Assembly: GCA_023663365.1 (NCBI GenBank)
Contig: JAMPHP010000001.1
Span: forward strand, 1,038,308-1,102,307
Origin: Muribaculaceae bacterium
GTDB lineage: Bacteria > Bacteroidota > Bacteroidia > Bacteroidales > Muribaculaceae
Length of the DNA stretch: 64,000 nt
Direction of reading: 5' to 3'
Positions 32,146-40,202 of the stretch are shown piece after piece. The first letter of the stretch is position 1. Every line of letters starts with the position of its first letter. Below the pieces are notes generated by a model. It did not search any database and was not told where the DNA came from. It worked only from the letters and a program-made list of their open reading frames with translations. The position numbers and the translations under genes were made by a program.

Positions 32146-33427
32146 CGCTGATGATGTTGATAAGCTCGCCGCAGAGGGTGGCGAGGTCGCTGTCGTCGAT
32201 AATATAGGGCGGCATGATGTAGACGTTGCGCCCGAAAGGCCTTATCCACACACCTCTGCGCACACATTCCTTCTGGAAGCGGCCTACGTCGACTGGGCGC
32301 TTGACCTCCACCACGCCTATCGAGCCCAGCACGCGCACGTCGGCCACTCCGGGCAGGGCGGCGGCAGGAGCCAGCATGCGGCGCATCTCCGCTTCAAGGT
32401 GCTTCACGATGGCCTCCATAGGCTTTTCCGAAAGCATCTTGAACGACTCGAGAGCTATTGCGCAGCTCAGCGGATTTCCCATGAATGTGGGGCCGTGCAT
32501 CAGCACGCCGGCCTCTCCGCGCGAGATGGTGTCGGCCACCTCGCGGGTGGTGAGCACGGCGCTCATGGTGAGGTAGCCCGCAGTGAGCCCCTTGCCTATG
32601 GTCATGATGTCGGGCTCCACGCCGGCATGCTCGCAGGCGAAGAAGCGGCCGGTGCGCCAGAAGCCCGTGGCGATTTCGTCGAAAATCAGCAGCACGCCGT
32701 GGCGAGTGCATAGCTCTCGCGCCTGACGGAGGTACTCGGGGTGGTAGAACCGCATGCCGCCGGCGCCTTGCACCACAGGCTCAAGGATTACGGCGGCGAT
32801 GGTGTCCGACTTCTCGCTGAGCAGCTGTGCCAGCGGCTCGATGTCGGCCTGATGCCATTCGCCGCCGAAGCGAGAGCGAGGCTGCGGCACGAAGTAGCGC
32901 ACCGGCAGAGCGGAGCCGAAGGCGCCATGCATGCCCGTGACGGGGTCGCACACGCTCATGGCATTCCACGTGTCGCCGTGATAGCCGCTGCGGATGGTGG
33001 CGAAGTTGGTCTTGTCGTGTCTTCCCGATGCTGATATTGCCGCCTGCACGGCCATCTTCATTGCCACTTCCACGGCCACGGAGCCCGAGTCGGCGAAGAA
33101 CACATTGTGCATCGATGGAGGCGCCACCGAGAGCAGAGCCTTGCCCAGGTCGATGGCCGGCTGATGGGTGAGGCCGCCGAACATCACATGGCTCATCTTG
33201 GCCATCTGTGCGGCTGCGGCGGCGTTGAGGCGGCTGTTGCCGTAGCCGTGGATCATGCACCACCACGACGACATGCCGTCGATGAGCTCCGTGCCGTCGG
33301 CCAGGCGCAGACGCACGCCCGAGGCCGAGTCGACTTTGTAGGTCGGCAGTGGGTCGATAGTTGAGGTATAAGGGTGCCACAGATGCTCTTTATCCCAGGC
33401 ATCGTGGACTGAAATTTCGCGTTCCAT
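32129..33427 (-). CDS. bioA: Adenosylmethionine-8-amino-7-oxononanoate aminotransferase
   Basis: HLWHPYTS…[13 protein letters not shown]…[11 protein letters not shown]…[12 protein letters not shown]…[11 protein letters not shown] closely parallels E. coli BioA. Confidence 0.92.
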   Translation of the reverse strand: MEREISVHDAWDKEHLWHPYTSTIDPLPTYKVDSASGVRLRLADGTELIDGMSSWWCMIHGYGNSRLNAAAAAQMAKMSHVMFGGLTHQPAIDLGKALLSVAPPSMHNVFFADSGSVAVEVAMKMAVQAAISASGRHDKTNFATIRSGYHGDTWNAMSVCDPVTGMHGAFGSALPVRYFVPQPRSRFGGEWHQADIEPLAQLLSEKSDTIAAVILEPVVQGAGGMRFYHPEYLRQARELCTRHGVLLIFDEIATGFWRTGRFFACEHAGVEPDIMTIGKGLTAGYLTMSAVLTTREVADTISRGEAGVLMHGPTFMGNPLSCAIALESFKMLSEKPMEAIVKHLEAEMRRMLAPAAALPGVADVRVLGSIGVVEVKRPVDVGRFQKECVRRGVWIRPFGRNVYIMPPYIIDDSDLATLCGELINIISDEANY

Positions 33428-33541
33428 ACCGCAAAATTACAAAAAACATCCTGCATGGCAAAAGAGAACTAACGCAGCCCGCCCTCCTTGCGCAGCCTGT
33501 GCGCAGGGAGGGCGGGGTAGAGTGGTGAGCGGGGTCGCTTA

Positions 33542-34249
33542 TTAGTTTGCAGCCTCGGCTTCGGGGGCAATGAGCTTGTAGCCTTTGCCGTGGATGTTGA
33601 TGATCTCGATTGCGGGGTCATCCTTGAGGTGCTTGCGGAGCTTGGTGATGTACACGTCCATAGAGCGGGCGTTGAAGTAGTTGTCGTCGATCCAGATGGT
33701 CTTGAGAGCATAGTTGCGCTCGAGGATCTCGTTGACGTGCGCGCACAGGAGGCTGAGCAGCTCCGACTCCTTGGTGGTGAGCTTGGTGATTTTCTCACCA
33801 ATCATAAGCACCTGCTTCTGAGTGTCGAAGGTGAAGTTGCCGATTTTGTACATCGTGATTTCCTTGCCCTTCTTGCCTTTTACGCGGCGTAGGATGGCCT
33901 CGATGCGGAATACGAGTTCTTCCATCGAGAAGGGTTTGGTGATGTAGTCGTCGGCACCGATTTTGAAGCCCTCGAGGATATCGTCTTTGAGCGATTTGGC
34001 GGTGAGGAAAATGATAGGCACCTCAGAGTTGACGGTGCGGATTTCCTGTGCCAGTGTGAAGCCGTCCTTTTTAGGCATCATCACGTCGAGCACGCATATA
34101 TCGTATTTACCCTTGAGGAAGGCTTTGTAGCCGGCATCGCCGTCGACAAAGAGGTCGGCGTTGTACCCCTTGGCCTGGAGGTACTCGCGCAGGAGCATAC
34201 CCAGGTTTTCGTCGTCTTCGCATAGAAGGATTCTCATTCGATCTTCCAT
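33542..34249 (-). CDS. rprY: OmpR-family response regulator (RprY-like)
   Basis: Receiver domain ILLCEDDENLGMLLREYL…DVMMPKKDG…LTAK and a winged-helix C-terminus. Resembles Bacteroides RprY as I remember it. Confidence 0.8.
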   Translation of the reverse strand: MEDRMRILLCEDDENLGMLLREYLQAKGYNADLFVDGDAGYKAFLKGKYDICVLDVMMPKKDGFTLAQEIRTVNSEVPIIFLTAKSLKDDILEGFKIGADDYITKPFSMEELVFRIEAILRRVKGKKGKEITMYKIGNFTFDTQKQVLMIGEKITKLTTKESELLSLLCAHVNEILERNYALKTIWIDDNYFNARSMDVYITKLRKHLKDDPAIEIINIHGKGYKLIAPEAEAAN

Positions 34250-34255
34250 AGTCGT

Positions 34256-35791
34256 TTAGTTTTTAGAGAGTGGGAGTATGATTATAAATTTTGTTCCTAC
34301 ATTGAATTCCGATTCCACTGTGATTTCGCCGCCGAGCTCGGTGACCATCTTGCGCACGTAGGCGAGGCCGAGGCCGAAGCCCTTCACATCGTGGCGGTTG
34401 CCGGTGGATACGCGGTAGAATTTATCGAAAATTTTCTTAAGGTCGTCGCGGCGTATGCCTATGCCGTTGTCCTTGATAGTGATCTCGAGGCGCTCCTCAC
34501 CAAGGTCGCGCGAGCCCACCTCGAGGCTGAGCGGACGCTCTTCGGAGCGGTATTTCACGGCGTTGTCGAGGAGGTTGAAAATCACGTTGGTGAAGTGCAT
34601 CTCATCAACCGTGACGATGGCATCCATGGCATCGAGATTGGCCGTGATTGAGCCGCCGTACTTCTCAACCTTGAGCTTGAAGGTGTTCACAATGTTGTAT
34701 ATCACGGCGTTGGCATCCACATCGTCGAGCTTGAGAGTGGCTTTCTGGCGGTCGAACATCGACATCTGCAGCACCTTCTCCACCTGGAAGCGCAGGCGCT
34801 TGGTCTCGTCGTTTATCACATTGGATATCTGCTGGAGCATCGTGGGCGATTTGCGCACGCTCTGGTCGTTGAGCATCTGTGCGGCCAGCGATATCGACGA
34901 AATCGGTGTCTTGAACTCGTGGGTCATGTTGTTGATGAAGTCGTTCTTCATCTCGGTGAGCTTCTTCTGCCTGAAAGCCACGATGATGGTGTACACGAAG
35001 ATTACCAGCAGGATGAGTGTGAAGGCAAATGCGGGCACCATGAATTTGATCGACTTGAAGATATAGTCGCGCTTGGTGGGGAAGTACACCTTGAGGTAGT
35101 TGCGCGGGCCGGCTACATCGTTGGGGAAGAGCGTCTGGATGAACATGTTGTCGCGGTCGCTCAGCGAGGCGCGGTAGTCGGGCGATTTGTAGAGGATGGT
35201 ACCGGCATAGTTCGCCACGGCGAACTCGAAGGGCACCTTCAGCCCGAGAGTGTCGAGCTCCTGACGCAGATATTTTCGCACACGTGCCGAGTCGGCGCGC
35301 TCGGTGATGGAGCGGCTCGAGGCCTTGGTCATGATGGAAAGTATCACATCGTCGAGCAGCCCTTTCTGATAGAGATAGCGGTTGCGGTAGGCATCGCGGG
35401 CCGAGCGGTAGTGGTCGCCAAGGCCTGCGGCAGCCTCGCTCTGCAGCTTGGAAATCTGGCTCAGGTCACCTTTGATAGAGAGGTCGGCCTCCAGACCCGT
35501 CGAAGTTGAGAAAGAGTACTTTATGCCACCGAAGCGCTCCACGGGGTCGCCCATATACTGAGCCGCGAACGACGACGTCTCCACCTGGCGCACATCGTCT
35601 TCGAGGAAGTGGCGCGTCTCATCCTGCTCAAGATGCACGGCCACAGCCACGAGGCTCTGCCGCACGCCTTGTGCGAACTGCTCGTAGCGTATTCCCACGA
35701 TATTCTTCATATAGAATATCTGTATGCACAGAAGGCCTACGAAAGTGATGGCCATCAGCACGGTGAGTATCCAGATTGTCTGTTTCTTCAT
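34256..35791 (-). CDS. rprX: Sensor histidine kinase (RprX-like)
   Basis: Two TM segments, H-box FINNMTHEFKTPISSI, N box NLLDNAVKY and G boxes DNGIGI / GFGLGLAYV. Confidence 0.8.
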   Translation of the reverse strand: MKKQTIWILTVLMAITFVGLLCIQIFYMKNIVGIRYEQFAQGVRQSLVAVAVHLEQDETRHFLEDDVRQVETSSFAAQYMGDPVERFGGIKYSFSTSTGLEADLSIKGDLSQISKLQSEAAAGLGDHYRSARDAYRNRYLYQKGLLDDVILSIMTKASSRSITERADSARVRKYLRQELDTLGLKVPFEFAVANYAGTILYKSPDYRASLSDRDNMFIQTLFPNDVAGPRNYLKVYFPTKRDYIFKSIKFMVPAFAFTLILLVIFVYTIIVAFRQKKLTEMKNDFINNMTHEFKTPISSISLAAQMLNDQSVRKSPTMLQQISNVINDETKRLRFQVEKVLQMSMFDRQKATLKLDDVDANAVIYNIVNTFKLKVEKYGGSITANLDAMDAIVTVDEMHFTNVIFNLLDNAVKYRSEERPLSLEVGSRDLGEERLEITIKDNGIGIRRDDLKKIFDKFYRVSTGNRHDVKGFGLGLAYVRKMVTELGGEITVESEFNVGTKFIIILPLSKN

Positions 35792-36058
35792 ATATGGTGT
35801 CGCCGCTCGGGCGCCGGAGTTGTTAAGTTTAACTTACGAAATGTTAACAATTAATAAGCATGATTAGTTTGCCGACGCACCCGCAAAAAATCGGGCTGTA
35901 TTTAACATTTCGCGTCAAAATTAACAAAAAAGTGTGAAACCACCAAATATCCATGCAAAAAAAACACGCGACATTTGAGTGGAAAAATCACTTTCCGCGT
36001 ATTTAAATCTGAAAACTGATAAATTCATTCAAACCATTAAACCTTACTTATATATAAT

Positions 36059-38446
36059 ATGAAGAAAATCTTGCTTAGCCTCGGAGCCGTGATGCTCGGC
36101 GCGGTGATGGCAAATGCCGATGTGGTGATAGAGTCCACATCGCAGAGCTATGCCACGCTTCAGGAGGCCATTAATGCGGCCGCTGCGGGCGATGTGCTCC
36201 TTGTGAACGGTAGCGCCGTACTGCCTAACTCCCGCATGGGTATTGCAAAGTCGCTAACTATCAAGGGTGATACTGAGGATGCCACAATTGTGCGCGGTCG
36301 CAGTGCTAAAAATATCCTCATCAACAGTGGTGCAAAAGTCACTTTCGAGGCCATTACATTCGATGGCGGCACACCAGCTGTCAGCAATGACCGCTTCATG
36401 GAAGTATCCGCAGGAAACACCAAGGCTTACTTTAATAATGTGAAGTTTACAAACTTCAACCTTCCCTCCGGTCTCATCGAAGTAAAGAATAGCGGTACGG
36501 TAGAGCTTAACGGAGTGAAAGGCACTAATAACATCTGCACCAAGGGCGAGGTGTTTATTGGCTCGAACGGAAGTAAGATTACCGGCGACAATAATCTCGG
36601 CATATTCCTTGAGAGAACTAATAATATCAGCGCCGAAAACATCACCAACGAAGAGCCGATAGCACTTTTTGTTGATTTTCCAGCCAGAACCAATAAAAGC
36701 GCACTGGTCACAGGTTGCGACGATGTGACTAAATTTGCTATAAACCATCCGTACTACACTATCAGCGTAAACGGTGGGGTTTTAGTAGCAGAAATGAAGT
36801 CTATAGTTGATGCCGCCGGGAACAACTATACCGACCTTCAGGTGGCGGTCGATGCCGTTCAAGACACCGACGCTCCTGAGCTGACATTGGTTTCGGATTT
36901 TCGTCTCCCTAATAATCGAATCACTATCCGCGGTTCGCTGACTATTAAGGGCGCAGATGGTGTCACTCCCTCATTCACAAGATATCTTGATGGTAGAGTA
37001 GCTATCTTGATAAATAATCAAAATGAGGTAACTTTTGAAAATCTCAAATTTGATATGGATAAGCGTTCCGGTAAAAACCATTTTATCGAAGTGACTGCCG
37101 ATGGCACAACTGCCAATTTCAAGAATGTTATTTTCTTCAACTTCCCGGAGAGCTACCGCACTGAAAATATCTACAATGGTTATCTGCAAATTGTGTTTGG
37201 AGCTACAGCTTTGCTAGAGAATGTGAAGTTCGAATATCCGGCTGATGCCACCCCTGCCGCTACGGGCGCTTTCGCCGGTCCGTTCGACGTGAAGATTGGC
37301 ACCGGCAATGTGACTCTTGTTGGCGACAATAACTTCAGTCTATATCTGGACGGTACCAACAAGGTGAAAGTAGCTACTCTCACCAATGAGAAGCCCATCA
37401 TGCTCACCCTTGCTACCCCCGAGCGAGTATTCGTGGAAGGTGCCAAGGTGGCAGATAAGTTTGTGAGCTCGACACTCGACTACGAAGTGCAGGCCGATGC
37501 CGACGGCAACACCATGCTCGCCGTGGCACCCTTCGTGAAGATCGACGGCAATACCATGGTATTCACTGAAATCGCCGACGGCCTCTACAAGGCACAGGGC
37601 GCAATCGACGGCGAATTTACCATCCGCACCAAGGAGCCCCTCGCAGCCGCTGTCTACTACACCCTCGCCGAGGGCACCGATTTCGCTACCGCCACCAATC
37701 TGCCCCTCGCCGAAGGCTCGGCTGCCATCGTTGCCGACGCTGCCAACTATACCGTGCTCTTCGATGCCAATGCCAAGACACTCGCCCTCTACAGCTACGC
37801 CGAACTCATGCCCGAGACATCGATGTATATGCACGGCACATTCTACGACCGTCACTTCGATCTCGGCTGGCCCGTTGAGCCAAGCAATGTGAGCATCGAT
37901 GAAAGCGGTGTGGCAACCTATACTTTCGACGACATCCTCCTCGAGGCTGCCGCCGACGACCCCGACGCTGCATACTTCGTGCTTTCGTCGTGGAAGGCCG
38001 ATGCCCGCGAGCTCGCCAAGGGCTCGGTGATGAAGGCCGCTCCCAATGCCATGACTACCGAAGCAATCAAGGCCAAGGCTGCCGAAATCAAAGGTCACCG
38101 CTACTATGCCGACTTCGCCTCGCTCGCCGAAGGTGAAAGCAATGAGAGCAATATCACTGTGCACGTCGACGGTGCCGATGCCAAGAGCGCACCTCTCTTC
38201 AAGGTTAAGCCCGGCTACTATAGCCTCGAGGCTCGCGTGACCAAGGATGGCGACAATATCATGACCCTCGGCTATCAGGGCGTGACCACCGGCGTGGAGT
38301 CGGTATCGGCCGCCGAAGCTGCCGTGGTAAATGTTTATAGCCTCCAGGGTGTGCTCATCCGCGCCGCTGTCGAAGCCGCTGATGCCACCGAAGGTCTGCC
38401 CGCAGGCATCTACATCGTAGATGGCCGCAAGGTATATGTGAAATAA
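36059..38446 (+). CDS. Secreted protein with two tandem beta-helix-cap-like modules and a T9SS C-terminal sorting domain
   Basis: Signal peptide. The module …LQEAINAAAAGDVLLVNG…LTIKGD…ITFDGG…FMEVSAGNTKAYFNNVKFTNF is repeated at about aa 255-360. The C-terminus VNVYSLQGVLIRAAVEAADATEGLPAGIYIVDGRKVYVK is Por_Secre_tail-like. Confidence 0.75.
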   Translation: MKKILLSLGAVMLGAVMANADVVIESTSQSYATLQEAINAAAAGDVLLVNGSAVLPNSRMGIAKSLTIKGDTEDATIVRGRSAKNILINSGAKVTFEAITFDGGTPAVSNDRFMEVSAGNTKAYFNNVKFTNFNLPSGLIEVKNSGTVELNGVKGTNNICTKGEVFIGSNGSKITGDNNLGIFLERTNNISAENITNEEPIALFVDFPARTNKSALVTGCDDVTKFAINHPYYTISVNGGVLVAEMKSIVDAAGNNYTDLQVAVDAVQDTDAPELTLVSDFRLPNNRITIRGSLTIKGADGVTPSFTRYLDGRVAILINNQNEVTFENLKFDMDKRSGKNHFIEVTADGTTANFKNVIFFNFPESYRTENIYNGYLQIVFGATALLENVKFEYPADATPAATGAFAGPFDVKIGTGNVTLVGDNNFSLYLDGTNKVKVATLTNEKPIMLTLATPERVFVEGAKVADKFVSSTLDYEVQADADGNTMLAVAPFVKIDGNTMVFTEIADGLYKAQGAIDGEFTIRTKEPLAAAVYYTLAEGTDFATATNLPLAEGSAAIVADAANYTVLFDANAKTLALYSYAELMPETSMYMHGTFYDRHFDLGWPVEPSNVSIDESGVATYTFDDILLEAAADDPDAAYFVLSSWKADARELAKGSVMKAAPNAMTTEAIKAKAAEIKGHRYYADFASLAEGESNESNITVHVDGADAKSAPLFKVKPGYYSLEARVTKDGDNIMTLGYQGVTTGVESVSAAEAAVVNVYSLQGVLIRAAVEAADATEGLPAGIYIVDGRKVYVK

Positions 38447-38503
38447 GAAATAAGAAATAAGAAAACGGTTTCCATACACGCAATAACGATCCATTGAATT
38501 CAA

Positions 38504-38540
38504 GCGACGCTTCCCCGGAGCAGGGGCGGCGTCGCTTTTT
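38504..38540 (+). terminator. Rho-independent terminator
   Basis: GCGACGC-TT-CCCC-GGAGCA-GGGG-CG-GCGTCGC followed by TTTTTGTGCTTTTTT. Confidence 0.8.
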
Positions 38541-38638
38541 GTGCTTTTTTGAAAAAAAATGTGATATCGTTGAGTGTGCCCGCGCAGTGGCTCGTATCAA
38601 TTATAGAAAAGAATAAAACCTAACATTTTTAAATAGAT

Positions 38639-40072
38639 ATGAAAAAACTCTACACCTTCCTCGCAGCCACCCTGATGGGTGCAGCGATGGTGAGCGCCGC
38701 CAACCTCTCGGTGGTGTTCGATGGTACTGACCATGCCGGTTGGACCGTAGCCAAGAACGAACTTGCAATCGACAAAGGCCATTTCTTCGTTGAAATGGGC
38801 GAGACAAACGGCAAATACCGTGCCGACATCGAGTACAAAGCTCCCGCCGAAGGCGACGGCTACACCTGCCTCCGCTATGTGGCCATCAAGTTTATCGGCC
38901 AGCGCCCCCAGGGCAACATGAAGTGCGAAGTGAACGCCGGCGGATGGCTTAAGAAATACAACGCCGACACCGACAAGTGGAACGACGTGCTCAACAACCC
39001 CGACGGCTCTATCCGCACCACCGGTGGCAACACCATCTACTACTACGACCTCTCGAAGGCCACCAACTTCACCGACCCCTCGGTGTTTGCAACACAGATC
39101 AACTTCAAGGTTGCCGACAACACAGTGGCTCCCCACTCCTACACCGTCGACTGGGTCAAGACCTACGCTACCGTAGAGGCTATCGAAGCCGATAAGGACT
39201 GGAAGGACGATGCCGGCGATATGGACGAAGCCATCGTTGCCGCCGAGCCCGTGGTCAACACCACCACCGGCACAGGCTACACCTCGATCTACGATGCAGT
39301 GGCTGCTGCTACCGAAGGCGACGAACTCGTTGTCAACGAGCCCCAGATTCTTTCTGCAGGCCGCCTCAACATCAATGCCTCCATCGTTGTCAAGGCCGGT
39401 AAGGACGGCGTGATCAAGCGTGGCAAAAACGAGCTCAGCATCCTCATGAACGCCAAGAACAAAGTGACCTTTGAAGGCCTCACTTTCGACGGCGTGGACC
39501 TGGACGCCAACAAGTACTTCATGGAAGTGAGCGCCGGCGGCACAGAAGTTACTTTCAAGAATGTGACATTCACCAACTTCTCGGCAGCTCAGCGCACCGT
39601 ACAGGTCAAGGGCGGTGGCAAGGTGACTATCGACGGCGCTCAGGCCGAAAGCTGCTCCACCGACGGCGACTTCTTCATCGGCTCGAACGGCAGCGTGCTC
39701 ACCGGCGACAACAGCGTGAGCGTTTACCTCGAGAAAGAAAACACCATCAACGCCACCGAGCTCACCAACACCACCCCCATCGTGCTCTTCTTCGACACAA
39801 CCCGCGCACAGAAGGTGCTCGTGTACGGTTGGGATAATGCCGACAACTTCGCCAGCGGCGTAGCCGGCTACAAGCCCGTTGCCAACGAAGGCAATATCGA
39901 ATTCACAATAAGCACCGGCGTTGACTCGGTAGTCGCTGCTGATGAGGCTCTTGTAAATGTCTACAACCTCCAGGGCGTGCTCCTCCGCAGCGGTGTCGAG
40001 GCATCGGTAGCCACCGAAGGTCTGCCCGCAGGTCTCTACATCGCAGGCGGCAAGAAGGTTATGGTTAAATAA
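38639..40072 (+). CDS. Secreted T9SS cargo protein, paralogue of 36059..38446, with a distinct N-terminal domain
   Basis: Signal peptide. One copy of the same module (…IYDAVAAATEGDELVVNE…VVKAGKD…LTFDGVD…FMEVSAGGTEVTFKNVTFTNF). The T9SS CTD is near-identical to that of the neighbour. Confidence 0.75.
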   Translation: MKKLYTFLAATLMGAAMVSAANLSVVFDGTDHAGWTVAKNELAIDKGHFFVEMGETNGKYRADIEYKAPAEGDGYTCLRYVAIKFIGQRPQGNMKCEVNAGGWLKKYNADTDKWNDVLNNPDGSIRTTGGNTIYYYDLSKATNFTDPSVFATQINFKVADNTVAPHSYTVDWVKTYATVEAIEADKDWKDDAGDMDEAIVAAEPVVNTTTGTGYTSIYDAVAAATEGDELVVNEPQILSAGRLNINASIVVKAGKDGVIKRGKNELSILMNAKNKVTFEGLTFDGVDLDANKYFMEVSAGGTEVTFKNVTFTNFSAAQRTVQVKGGGKVTIDGAQAESCSTDGDFFIGSNGSVLTGDNSVSVYLEKENTINATELTNTTPIVLFFDTTRAQKVLVYGWDNADNFASGVAGYKPVANEGNIEFTISTGVDSVVAADEALVNVYNLQGVLLRSGVEASVATEGLPAGLYIAGGKKVMVK

Positions 40073-40098
40073 TCTTAATTATTGCTCTGATAATATCG

Positions 40099-40129
40099 CG
40101 GGCGGCGCTCATGGGGCGTCGCCCGTTTT
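40099..40129 (+). terminator. Rho-independent terminator
   Basis: CGGGCGGCGC-TCATGG-GGCGTCGCCCG followed by TTTTGTGTTT. Confidence 0.75.
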
Positions 40130-40202
40130 GTGTTTCGTTGAAAATTCTTAACTTTGCCATCGCAAAACCCTTACTTTCGACTAATCCTTACACTCTGATA
40201 CC

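Noticed and set aside
38441-38461. (AAATAAG)x3 tandem heptamer at the stop of the first T9SS gene, which places TAA in all three frames
   Set aside because: It is real in the sequence but short and plausibly fortuitous in an AT-rich terminator-proximal region. It is not strong enough to count as a finding.
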